A DNA stretch of 64,000 nucleotides from Nitrospirales bacterium (GCA_965203295.1 CBDBCZ010000018.1:1760001-1824000); one strand, 5' to 3'; shown: positions 1 to 11,980, counted from the first letter of the stretch. Made by a program: numbers and translations. The notes: a model not told the origin generated them from the sequence alone.

Positions 1-335
1 TAGTGTCTTTGGCTGTCCCTCACACTTGGCTCTTGGTATATATGCCATTGTGGAGTAATTCATTGAGTCATACTAGTTTCAGTTGGAGAATCAGTAATGG
101 TTTATGGTGCTGATGATGTTGCTGCTAATAGTTTACCTTACGGTCACCTTAAATGAAGCTACTGTATTCCCTGCTAAGCTTTACACTCACCAACATGCAC
201 TCACTCAGAAAGCCACACTTCTTGAGGATCTTCGCAGTTGCTCTGCAGCGACGCAAGACCGTACACTAGCGTGAGACTATATTAAAGCTTACTACAGTAC
301 TAACGATTAGCATGCACGTGAGAAGTCAGCTCCTC
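1..335 (-). repeat. Diverged duplicate of 7401-7706
   Basis: Shared blocks: agtgtctttggct, ccattgtgga, ttgagtcatac, gctgatgatgttgctgct, tacactcaccaa, aagccacac, cgcaagaccgtac, ctagcgtgagact, agcatgcacgtgagaa, cagctcctcc. Confidence 0.85.
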
Positions 336-471
336 CCTCCCGTTACTGCTAGAACCGCAGCCCGCAGTCTGTACACAAATATTAATATGTATAACACATC
401 AACTTTATAGACATAAGATGATTACAAGTGGCATTGATATGCACCACTGGCTTCAAGGCAGTTCATGGATT

Positions 472-2223
472 TCAATTTCTTGAGTGTTTCCTGCAAAGGA
501 AAAAACAGACACTTGTGGCAGAACCGAGGTGGGATAGGACTACGACCTCCGAGGATCACTCCCATAGACTCTATAGTCGCAACTGCAGTCATCTCGATCC
601 GTACCTGTTAATGTATCTACTTAGAAGTTAGAATTGTCCACAGTAGCAAAACATCATACTGTTTCCCATGGTTCTCAACAACAGTGGGCCAAGGAGTGAA
701 AAAATGCTATATATCTTAAATTAATTACCAGGTCCACACCATTGGACATTAACAGGAAAGTCTTTATCTTCATGTACCCAAATAAGCAGAGGGCTTGGAA
801 TAAGCTTACAAAAGTGCCAGTTGACAATCAATAGCACAACAGGAGAGGCCTTGTGCAAATGGACAAATCAGTGCAATCACTAGCTGGTCAAGATCATGAC
901 TGCAATGGTAACTATATACACACTTACAGAGACTATGGGAGTGGCCCTCATTCAGTCCATTAAATACCCACACATTAAACCTACAAGGCCTCTGCCCAAC
1001 TTTTGCTGCGAGAGAGCCTGGGGACAAAGCTGCATAAACCAATGGCAGTAGAAACTACATCTACATACCAGTGTGAACAGGCCAAGTGTATTAGCAGCAG
1101 CACCAAGCCTGCAATTATCGACTGAGTTGCTGTCACAATGTACGCAATGCCCAAGAACAGGTTCCGTCCACCTAGCCAGGAGATCTCAGCAAGGAAGAGA
1201 GATTTGGTCCCTTTATATTCACGCACAGGGTAGTCTGCTGTAGGTTAAGGAAACTGGCTGATAACTTTAACTTACACTGTGCAAACACCTTTCAGAGATA
1301 TACACATACCTGCATATGCACCTTAAGAATCTCAGCTTGAACTGGCTAAGTGATTTATACTAGCTAGATGCATGCTACATAGCTACCACACAGAGAGGAG
1401 GCTACATATACATCACCAGCAAATGGCTATCAAGCAAGGAGTCACTTAAATATCTTGTCCACTTCATTATGTACAAGAACTTTAGTAAGCTGTTTTAGCG
1501 ATGACATCATGCTTCAAGTTAGACTAATATGTGGCAGTCCCATGAACATTATTCTACCAAGATTGTCACTGCATTCAATGTCTTATATTGCTTATTTTCT
1601 GTTAATGGGTGGGGCTCAAATGCACAGTGTACATGGAACAACTACTGATGCAACTACACATCACATTTGAGCCCTACCATAACAGTCATTGTGTTCTCCA
1701 TTAATGTAGTGACATGATCAAAATATGCAACAGAATATGTTCACTTTCCAACTAGGACCACAGTCATACATGCTAGCCTTCATCCCATGCCTCAACCCAG
1801 TTTTAGTCACTTGCAGTATGAAATGTGGGAAGCTTAGGAACGAGGCCACGTACAATGTATAGACGACTACCGGTATTGCATTAATATGAAGGATACTGTA
1901 AGTGAGAAAGATGGAGTAGTTTCCTGAAGGGAGATTAATATCAGCGGAACCATTCTCTTGCAGTCGGCCATACAGTTTGCGGAATTTTGGAAATGCTGAC
2001 ACACGAAACCAAACAATAAAGCTCTCGTTCTCCAGTCCCCCAGGAATTTCTGAGAGATCATACGGCCAGTTGGGGGGCATGGTGGTGTCAACAAGATCCT
2101 CAGGGCTGACCTCAGGGGCGCCGTTTGGGTTTTGGAAGCGAACACTACAGTCAGTATCCCTGGTTCTATTACAGCAGGTCATGTTCTCACCCGTATCACG
2201 ATTCATGAACATATCAAAGGAGT
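472..2223 (-). pseudogene. TMEM30A: CDC50/TMEM30 (P4-ATPase flippase beta subunit) 3' half: exons 1897-2223, 1069-1234 and probable last exon 472-490; 5' exons absent from window
   Basis: Translation gives CDC50-family motifs: PPNW, GLENESFIVWFRVSAFPKFRKLY, LPSGNY..TY|NYPV..YKGTKS, SWLGGRNLFLGIAYIV plus a TM helix. Splice phases are consistent. Last exon ttttttcctttgcag|G AAA CAC TCA AGA AAT TGA. Open frame, but the usual GIAWxxD motif reads NRTRDTD and the N-half is missing, so it is probably a decaying fragment. Confidence 0.85.
1235..1896 (-). other. U12-type (minor spliceosome) GT-AG intron in the CDC50-like gene
   Basis: 5' site GTATCCTTC (1896-1888). Branch point TTTCCTTAAC (1253-1244) lies 9 nt before the exon, followed by CTACAGCAG with no polypyrimidine tract. 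Splicing restores TY-N-YPV. Confidence 0.9.
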
Positions 2224-2861
2224 CTAGAAGGAGAGACAAACACAATAATAATTTACACAGCCCACATACTTAAACTCAGACGTCTACATGAACAAGGACA
2301 AACTACACACATGTGTGTTCAGGAATTTTACTATGCACGCACGATCCACTCTAATCACTACATTGGAGTGCACAAAACATTGTGACTGTTCGCATTTTGC
2401 CAGATCTAGAAAAGTATTGTATTAACATTTTAAAAGTGAGATGGGCCATCACTGAAGATGCAATATGGTGAAGCAAAAGTCATATATGTACATGTAGATA
2501 TCTAGTAATCCATCAAAACCAAAATCTGCATTTGGCGTTAGAAATTTCTTTGGAAGGTTCGCTCCCACTATATTTGCTAGTAGACTCAGAGAGTCCATGC
2601 ACTGTTTATAGTGGAAATTCCACTCCAATTCTGTGCATAAATTACACAAGTGACTGTACAAGATATGAATGGATCTACAATGTATGAGTGTACACACTGT
2701 ACGTATATGTTTTTTTTTTCAACCTCACTGCTTTCCCAAAGAGCTTGACTTCTTTATTTGGACTGCCACATTAAATAGATGATAATTATTCTACAACTCC
2801 CCACATCCAGATGAAATCATAGAGAAGGTTGGAAGAAGCTAACCCACATGTACGTACATAC

Positions 2862-5800
2862 CTCTGAGGCACACATCATCTCTGAGTGCTTCTGCAAACT
2901 CTTGTGCACCTTTATCACCAATGTCAACGTTGAAGTTTAGTGTAACTCTGCGCAGACCTGGTATCTTTTCCAGTTTGAGCTTTTGTGATCGGAGGCTATC
3001 TTTCCAAGTTTCATTTTGTGTGTGCAGGCAATGTTGCTGCAGAAATAGTAAAGGTGTAGTAAATAAATGTAGCCTCGTATCCAGATAGACCTATTACCAT
3101 CGTAGTAATGTATCTGAGATGTATATCAGAACATATATGTATATACAATCTCATTACTACGTAGCTACACACAAGTTCCTTCCTTCATTACAGCAAGGCT
3201 TCTTAGGCTTCTCTCCAGTTCAATTCAGTGACAGCTTTAGTCCTTGTTTTGTAAGGCATGGTACCATACACAGGAAGAGCAACTAAAATGTGACTTCCAA
3301 TCTTTAAAAGCCACTCTGAATACCTGTCTGCCAATCACGATGACTGAAGTGTTGACGGAACTGTCAGTCTACTTCAGTGAAAACTTTTGTTTCGTTAGAA
3401 AGAGAAAGGAATCTATTCTAAATCAAAGCAACAACACCTCTAGTGATGTTCGTAAAATTCTAATTGCTAACCATCCTAGAGCGATGGTACAGAAGTAAAG
3501 CCTGTTGACTTTTGCCACAGTTAGCAACACTGTTGTCGTGAGTGACATATTGTGCATGCAAATAACATGTAGTTGATATGTATCGCTAGACTACAACCTT
3601 GATTAGGACTGCTACTGATGATGCTCCTTGGGATGACAGGCTGCACGCAGTGAGATCCAGCCACTCCAGAGATTAAGAGTTCTTCACCGCACTGCAGATG
3701 ACTGCATAGTAAGGGAATATATTATATATCAGCATCAGTATGAATCTTACGTACGTGTACTTTTGGCATGCTGAGAATGGTACCCACAACCGGTGTGGTC
3801 TGTACTGGCTCAGGTATGTATATGATAATTACGTAAGGAGGTGGGAATTAGAGAGCTCGATTGTAATGCATGTACATGCATTGGATTAAGTAACTTGGTA
3901 TTACAATGTAAGCTATCATCAGCCACACTTCAGTAATCTACAACGCTTGTGATTAAGAGAAATACAGTAGTTTGGTTTGTTTGAGCAACACTTCATGTTC
4001 TGCCAACTAATAGAGCTCACTTTCAGCAGCCTTGTTCCCGATCTCAGATCCCTTCAGTGAAAGATGCACCAAGGATGTAGTTTTCAGCAATCCCTAAACA
4101 TGGAGGCTGGAAGATGGCCACACCAGGATTACTTCCTGGAAAACATAATTCAATTTTAATATGGTGCGGACTACAAGCGCTATTTAAGTATATGATCGAG
4201 TGGTTCCAGTGGGGTTGGTACCTAAATGAGTTCCCTCAACAGTGAATCAGGCATCACCGCCCAATACTACCATAGTCTCATGCCCAGCCACATGTTAGAA
4301 AGGTGGGTGTGGCACACTGCATAATCAAAGTTGGTTTAAAATACGTCAGCAGTCCCAGAACTGGACCGGCAATGCGAAGTGGATATCACAGTTGCATCTA
4401 TGTTCTACGTAGCCTTGTTCCCAGCCACCAGCTCTTGCAAAAATAAATGGGAGAAGTAACTTTTCCCGTTTATTTTCCTGAGTGCACGTGGGAGGAGCCT
4501 GGAAACGAGGCCATTCATGTCGCTGAACTCCCCATGGTTAGGTGGGTACGAAGTGGCTGCTGCAATTGTGATATCCGCTTGGTGATGTAATACTACAATC
4601 AGCCAATCGCACTGCCGGTCCAGATCTGGGATTGCTGACGTATGGCTAACCCAAATTTCAATACACAGGGGGCGCCAGTCCCACTTTTTTAACGTGGGGG
4701 CTGGGCACGAGACTACCACTACTATGGCCTACTGCAACTGTGATATCTGTTTGGTGATGAAATATTCAATGCCGGTCCAGAACTGTGGCCACTGATGATG
4801 CAATGCTGCCGCAACTTTGAATATACAGGGCGTAACGTAGGACTGGGCACGAGACAAATAATGCCAGGGCTAGCTAGACATGTGGCAATAATGAAAAACC
4901 CAATTGCAATGTAGAGTCTCAGAAATAATGTTTTCACTCCACAATGTGACAGTTAAGGGATGGCCATACGTGCAAACTACATGCATACACTGTCCAAGCT
5001 AAACTACGTACAAAAGCACATGACTATACTAGATAAAGACAAGGACTAGAATATTTTGGCAACGTTATTGTAATTTCAGATTCATGATACACGCAATTAA
5101 TATATACTAACATGTAGTAGCCAGTAGTGGCTGTACACACTGTGCATACTATCAAATGTAATGGATATGCCCCCCACACTGTTTAGACTAGAAAATGCAC
5201 AATTTAGATTTGTGGTACTGTAGATACAAAGCTGCCTTCACATCTACATGTACGTACATCATCTACTACGCTAATTGCATTTACCTGTGCTAAACACTTG
5301 CAGTCTTTCAGGTGTAGGTGAACACCTTCAAACACGAGAGATTTCAGAGCACTTGAGGCACACAAGCACCCTTGAACAGATCTATCATAAAGTCATTCCA
5401 TTATATATATCAGTATATGCAGTGCTGTATATACTGCAAAGCACAAGCTTAATTACTGTGATCATAGATAGTAGAGTAGAAGGAGTTCCTGTCCTTCTAC
5501 TCTACTATCTATGGTGCGATAAAAAGTATCTTAAGGTTCAAAACTGCATTGATTATTAACTTAAGATCAATGCACTAACTTTAATGCAGCTAGAGCTACC
5601 GTACCAGTTGTCTAATGAGGGCTCTATCCTACTATTAACATGGTACACATATACCATTAACACCATCAACTGCAGGTACGTACTCGGCAATGCTGTACAC
5701 TGTATTTCTATCAGGCACACCACGTCTCAAATGTGGAACAGCAGCAACTCTTTGGTACTTCACACCATCTGCAGAACAAAGAGAAGCGATATTTGCTAGT

Positions 5801-6356
5801 TATAGCTGACAGTAGTCTAAGACTAGTGTTTCTTTGTGCATAGATTCACTATTATAAACATACCTACACAGCAGTCAATCAACTGGAAGCTTTCTGCTTA
5901 TGCTGTACACAAAGCTGCCCTGTGCAAATGTACATCTATCCTCGCTCCCAGGCCCTCACTTCATTTGGTTGCATGAAGGCTAGCATAATATACTTGTAAA
6001 AAGTCACTGGATTAATGGAGGTACTGTCTAACTACATGTATTGGTGTACTGACCACTATTTACAGTATTATAGATAAAAGGTCTAATTACATACCAATGC
6101 TTCTCACAGTTGGGTAAAGTCTTTCCTCCCATTTGTCTATGAAGGCAACAGTATGCAGTGCCTTGTTGATCTGTAAAGCAGTCAGAACTGGGTGCCAGTC
6201 GTTTCTCTTAGCCTTGTAGACCCAACAACTCAGCACTCCTTCCTTGGCTCCACTGCGTATACTGGCTATAGGACACGTGTCTTCCAGGGCACACAGGCTT
6301 TCATAGTAAGCTACAAAGTCTTCAGCTCCTCACTCATGAATGCGAACAGCCTCCAT
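2862..6356 (-). pseudogene. CEP78: CEP78-like N-terminal (LRR) half; exons 6095-6356, 5684-5768, 5285-5381, 4021-4093, 3598-3701, 2862-3036
   Basis: Spliced translation: MEAVRIHE*GAEDFVAYYESLCALEDTCPI..EGVL..DWHPVLTALQINK / SVQGCLCASSALKSLVFEG / GLLKTTSLVHLSLKGSEIG / ICSAVKNS*SLEWLDLTACSLSSQGA / ETWKDSLRSQKLKLEKIPGLRRVTLNFNVDIGDKGAQEFAEALRDD. This matches the CEP78 N-terminus. All GT-AG sites and phases are consistent. In-frame stops at 6330-6332 (TGA) and 3673-3675 (TAA); C-terminal exons absent. Confidence 0.9.
4273..4715. mobile_element. MITE with TAG...CTA termini (Academ-like), with a nested smaller TAGCC-type MITE at ~4410-4513, inside a CEP78 intron
   Basis: TAGTCTCATGCCCAGCC ... GGCTGGGCACGAGACTA inverted ends, flanked by CCA on both sides. 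A further partial right end lies at ~4840-4858. Confidence 0.6.
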
Positions 6357-7400
6357 CTATGGTGGAAATAGCAACTTCTGATATAGAAGTATTAGCTATA
6401 CCGTACCATGCACAAGCTGCTCTGAATATAGTTAACTCCCTATAGCTACATGAACGCATACTACATTTATTTCTTTCTGGTAGGTTTAGATTGTAGTTGC
6501 ATTGTCTAGTAAGTACATGTAATCTGCTGTTTCAATGGATTATGAAAGCAGTTCAAGCACCTATTCCACAACATATATGTGAATAAGAAGGTGCTTTGCA
6601 CTCATTTTGATAAAAAAATTAGGCCAAAAATTAAATGTAGTTGTTCCAAGTCTGTACTAAAATGACAGTAGAAGAAATGGTGGGACTAAGATCTTTATTT
6701 AATGTGACAATATAAAGCCCCTCAGAAGGTTATAAACAGAATGTTTTAAACAGACAAGTATTCCATCAGACATCTTTAGTGACATACTCTATGAATTTGT
6801 GTGCAACATGTGGCCGTAGGTAAAGTACAAAGATCTCTGCAGGCAGGCTTGGGAAAGAGGCTAGCAGTGTATTAAAGGTATACAAGGGTCACTAACACCT
6901 TCAGGTACTGAGAGCAGTAAGTGTAGTGTCTGGAGACACTAGCCTTGAGCTGCATATGGGACACGAGTTCAAATCCTGGTTCAGCAAAAACCCAATGAAG
7001 GTTTGGAGCAGCTATGGTACAGGGCTGGGTGCTTCCCTCTTGCTGTGGAAACTGGTACATGTACATACGCCATATCAGCTTCCCACAGTGTTTCAGATAC
7101 CATTTTTATAACCCAATTTGGTATCTTTCATGGCTGATTAAGCATTCCAGTACACTAATTAAATGCTGCAGCTACAAGTATAGGCAAATCAGGATTCTAG
7201 AGGTCTGGCAAACAAAGAAAGTTAGGATTGTCTCTATGATATTATAGAATCTGTAGGTGAAGGCTACACCAACATGTGGACAGCAAAAGTAACAAGATCG
7301 CTCTAAAGTCAGTAGGCATTGTTTGCCCGAGTGCACTTCTCCGAGTGAATCAAGCCAATCATTTTGTAATGATTATCAACCTTTGTACTCTCCTAACACT

Positions 7401-7706
7401 AAGTGTCTTTGGCTATCCATGGTATTTTGCTCTAGGTGGATAAACCATTGTGGAATAATTTATTGAGTCATACAAGTTTCAGTTGTAATGGTTTACAGTT
7501 GCTGATGATGTTGCTGCTGATACTTTTCCTTATGGACACCGTAAAGCTTCCCTACTAGAGTCTACACTCACCAAATATGCAGCATGTGCAGTCAGTCAAG
7601 AAAGCCACACCTCTTCGCAGTCGCATGCACTGCAGCAACGCAAGACCGTACTAGCGTGAGACTCTACACGAACGCTTAGCATGCACGTGAGAACCCAGCT
7701 CCTCCT
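7401..7706 (-). promoter_or_regulatory. Probable 5'-UTR exon/promoter segment of the CEP78-like copy (donor gtgagt at ~7571); diverged paralogue at 1-335
   Basis: The CEP78 ATG is immediately preceded by an acceptor (ccatag|ATG), which implies an upstream non-coding exon. This segment has a minus-strand gtgagt donor and a CACGTG box, and it aligns by eye with 1-335. Confidence 0.45.
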
Positions 7707-7947
7707 GCGTAATACATTTTACGCAATTAAAATCAGATGATCTGGAGTGCGCCACTGCTTTCAAGTTATCTATGGTGCTACGTACCTTGACTCTGGTTGC
7801 TGTAGTTTGCAGCAGAGATGCTAATAATACCTTTGTTTGCAGCTTTAGTCAAACTCCCTTCCCCGCCCCCCAAAAGAAAACAAAAACAAACAAAAACAAA
7901 GACCCGGCAATGATAAGTGAGACTTCGACCTGTTCGCGTCTACTGCC

Positions 7948-8390
7948 ATACCTCTCATTTCATGTATTATAGGAATCGAGAACGCGGCAAGGAACCGCCA
8001 GCTAGCTAAGGAACTACGAAGTATTAAATGCGGGGGCGGGCACGCTACGATATGCGCCGCGCGCGTCAATGCTTTTCGCGCCAGCTCACGCAGCTCTTGA
8101 CTGTGTAAGAAAGTTGAACTCTCTAGAATTAAAGTGCGGAATAATGAAGTCTCTATTCAAGGAACAGGGAGGTTATAGGTATTATCAAATAATTTGTAGC
8201 AAGACCTGACAGTTCCCAATTTATGCCCCACCAGGTAGTTTCACGAGTTCACATGAAACAGTAATTGATTGTAGGTATCTATCAATAAATAAGAGTAAAA
8301 TGGAAGCGGTAACATACAACAAAGATTATAGAAGTCTGTCAACATTAAGGATTCTGAAGCATCTTGAAGAGGAGTATATATATCGTTATA
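7948..8390. repeat. ~450-bp duplicated segment (second copy 10592-11068) with GC box and E2F-like TTTCGCGCC
   Basis: Near-identical text at both positions, e.g. atgcgccgcgcgcgtcaatgcttttcgcgccagctcacgcagctcttgactg. Confidence 0.85.
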
Positions 8391-10359
8391 AGGCCAAACA
8401 AACTTTCATCACAGCCTCTAGCTACCAGGGGGAATAGAGATGAACCAAATTCCCAATTTCATTTCCACCTCTAATTAATTGTACACATTACTTTTCTTGT
8501 GTTTGCCTTTAGTGATTGCTGAAATGAAACATAGGTGGGAGATAATTAGTCACACAGAACACAACTTCAATAAGCAAAGTGGAATGAACCATATCTAAGG
8601 AGCAATGTAAGTAACTATGCCTCATATTGACAGCCAACTTTGAGATCAGTGTATTCCTAGCAGAGAGAATTGGGGAAGTTACTGCTTCCCAATTAATTGC
8701 CTACTCTGACAGAGTGCACACATTAATCTTCTTTAGAGATAGCATATATGTGGGAATAAACAAATTATATGCAGTGCACAATCGTAATATGCTGCTCTAG
8801 AAGGAACTGTGTAAAAAACAGCGTAAGTAAAACCGTACCCATGACAGTCTACTTAGAGATCACACAAAGTCAGGCAAGATATTCCTAGCTAATTAGGAAT
8901 CTGCCAGAGAGAATGGAGAGGAACCAGCTTCCCAATTTCATTCCCTACTCTAATCAATTGTACACGTTACTTTTCTTGTTTTTGCAAAATGTTACTTCAA
9001 AGTTTGCAAGCAGAAAACATAAGTGGAAGATAACTAATTTAGTTACACCTAACACAACTTCCATAAGAAGTCGTGGAATGAACCATCTAAAAAGCACTGG
9101 AACAACAAACAGAACAAAATGTGAGGAAAAGTAAATAACACAATCTCAGTAAGCTTCTCTAGAAGGAACCATGTAAGGAACCGCACCCCTGACAGCCCAC
9201 TTTGTGATAACACAAAGCTAATTGAGAATCTGTCTCTTTACTGCAAAGAGACCAACAGCACAGCCTCTAACTACCGGAGAGAATGGAGAGGAATCAGCTT
9301 CCAATTCAATATACCCACTCTAATTAATGACACACATTACTTTTTTGTGTGTTCGCACAATGTAACTTTAGAGATTGCAGGCAGGAAACAGGTGGGGGAT
9401 GATTAGTCTCACAGAACTTGAAGGAATAATCTACGGAGCAAAGTAAGAAACCGTGCCTCATATTGACAGCCAACTTTGAGATCAGTGTATTCCTAGCAGA
9501 GAAAATTGGAGCAGTTGCTGCTTCCCAAATAATTGCCTACTCTGGTAAGTGCATGCTTTACTCTCCTCATGTTAACACAATGATTCTTTAGGGAAAGGAG
9601 ACAGGACAAATGTAAAAAAAGCAAGTTATGCAGTAAACAATATATTGCAGTAAGCTGCTTTAGAAGGAACTGTAAGGAACCGTACCGCTGACAGCCCACT
9701 TTGAGATCACACAAAGTCAGGCAAGGTATTCCTAACTAATTGGAAATCTGCTTCTTTATTGCAAAGATGCCAACAGCACAGCTTCTAGCTACCAGAGAGA
9801 GCGGAAAGGTACCAGCTTCGCAATTTCATTCTCCACTCTAATTAATTGTACACATTACTTTTCTTGTGATGGCAAAATGTTACTTCAGAGATTGCAGGCA
9901 AGAAACCATAGTTAGTACTCTACAATCTATGACGAAACATAGGACGTGGGGGAAATTAGTCACATGCACAGAACACAAATTCGATATGTAACCGTGGAAT
10001 GAACCATCTAAAAAGCACAGTAGTAACTGTGCTTCATATTGACAAGAAAGATTATAGGCGACTGCCAACATTAAGGAGAAGCATCTAGAAGAGGAGTATA
10101 TCGTTATAAGGCTAAACAAACTTCTATCACAGCCTCTAGCTGCCAGGGAGAATGGAGAGGTACCAAATTTCCAATTTCATTTTCAACTCTAATTAATTGT
10201 ACACATTACTGCTCTTGTGTTTGCCTTTAGTGATTGCTGAAATGAAACATAGGTGGGAGATAATTAGTCACACAGAACACAACTTCAATAGGCAAAGTGG
10301 AATGAACCATCAATAAGCAACCGTTGAAGGAACGTCTAAGGATCAAAGTAAGGAACCGT

Positions 10360-10525
10360 TGTCACAGTAAATTTGATCGCTCGGAAATTTGATCGCGGCG
10401 ACAGAATTTACTAGGAAATACTATCGCCGAGCGATTCAATTTACTAGAAAATACGGTAGCGATAGTATTTCCTAGTAAATTCTGTCGCCGCGATCGAATT
10501 CCGAGCGATCGAATTTACTGTGACA
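10360..10525. mobile_element. Ginger-type MITE (TGT...ACA termini, 4-bp CCGT TSD)
   Basis: TGTCACAGTAAATT...AATTTACTGTGACA, palindromic over ~65 bp. CCGT at 10356-10359 and 10526-10529. Empty-site paralogue (aaccgtgcctcatattgacagcc) near 9448. Confidence 0.75.
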
Positions 10526-11068
10526 CCGTGTCTTGTACTGACAGCCAACTTTGAGATCAGTGCATATTCCTAGCAGAGAGAATTGGAGCCGTACCTCTCA
10601 TTTTATGTATTATTGGTATCGAGAACGCGACAATGAACCGACAGCTAGCTAAGAAAAAGGAACCACGAAGTAAATAAATGCGGGGGCGGGGCACGCTACA
10701 ATATGCGCCGCGCGCGTCAATGCTTTTCGCGCCAGCTCACGCAGCTCTTGACTGCGCAAGAAAGTTGAACTCTCTAGAATTAAAGTGCGGAAGAATGAAG
10801 TCTCTATTCAAGGAACAGGGAGGTTATAGGTATTATTAAATAATTTGTAGCAAGACCTGACAGTTCCCAATTTATACCCAATGCACCTAGCAGTTTCACG
10901 AGTTCACATGAAACAGTAATTGATTGTAGGTATCTATCAATGGATGCATGTAAAGAACTTTGAGATTGTACTTCTGTAAAATGGAAGCGGCAACATACAA
11001 GAAAGATTATAGACGTCTGTCAACATTAAGGATTCTGAAGCATCTTGAAGAGTACATATATCGTTATA

Positions 11069-11802
11069 CCACATTACATCACATCCAAGGTGTTTGATTG
11101 GAGCAGAAGAGGAGTATAAAGGGTCATATACTATGTACATTTATGTTTTCATCTTTTAATATACTGCTTTCATGCAGTTTTTATGTATTATGACATCGTA
11201 AATAACTGCTGCCTCTGGGAATGCTAGCCCAGCGTTTCTAGGTACCTACTCCACCCGATTGGTCAAATGTTGTATAAGCCGTATATACCACGCCTAGGCA
11301 AGAAGCGATTGGCTGCCTGTGTATATGTATAGGATATACTCGAAGTATAAACGCGATTACTCCGCTAGGCTGTTTACCCTCGGCTATCGCCTCGGGTAAA
11401 CCGTCTAGCGGAGTATATGTATAGGATATACCGCGTCTACGAGGAGTATAAACGCAGATAAACTCCGCTAGACAGTTTATCCGAGGCGTAGCTGAGGGTA
11501 AACCGTCTAGCGGAGTTTATTGCGTTTATACTCCGATTAGGCGTGGTATATCCGGCTTATATCACAGGCGGCCAATCGCTTCTTGCCGTTTGTCATCGCC
11601 ATAGTTACCATTCAGTAGTATTCATTTATTACGTAAACAAAAAACACGTCAACGAACGTGAAAACACGCATGGAAAACATGAAAACAAAATAGTAGTATA
11701 AACACCTTTATACTCCTCTCTGTAGCCAATGAATTTCTCCAAAAGTGATGTAATGTGATATAACTGCGTTTACACTCCTCGTAGACGTGGTATATCCTAT
11801 AC
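11069..11802. mobile_element. Foldback/palindromic non-autonomous element with nested inverted repeats
   Basis: Inserted at TTATA (duplicated 11064-11068 and 11803-11807) relative to the empty site at ~8385. Outer IR tataccacattacatcac / gtgatgtaatgtgatata (11745-11762). Internal hairpins centred near 11385 and 11490. Confidence 0.75.
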
Positions 11803-11980
11803 TTATAAGGCTAAACAAACTTTCATCACAGCCTCTAGCTACCAGGGGGAATAGAGAGGAACCAAATTCCCAATTTCTTTTACACCTCTAATTAATTGTA
11901 CACATTACTTTTCTTGTTTTTGCCTTTAGTGATTGCTGAAATGAAACATAGGTGGGAGATAATTAGTCACACAGAACACA

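Larger units (their letters stand above)
8390..11980. repeat. Old degenerate complex tandem repeat (irregular ~350-520 bp spacing)
   Basis: Motif cacagcctctagctacc...ccaatttcatt...ctctaattaattgtacacattacttttcttg recurs near 8410, 8890, 9260, 9778, 10129 and 11827. Confidence 0.8.

Noticed and set aside
1718..1896. C-terminal extension of ORF 1718-2245, and the tail of ORF 981-1226 beyond 1069
   Set aside because: Read-through into introns; family similarity stops at the splice donors.
6330..6332. In-frame TGA in CEP78 as selenocysteine or readthrough
   Set aside because: Better explained as CGA->TGA CpG decay. A second TAA stop and the truncation indicate a pseudogene.
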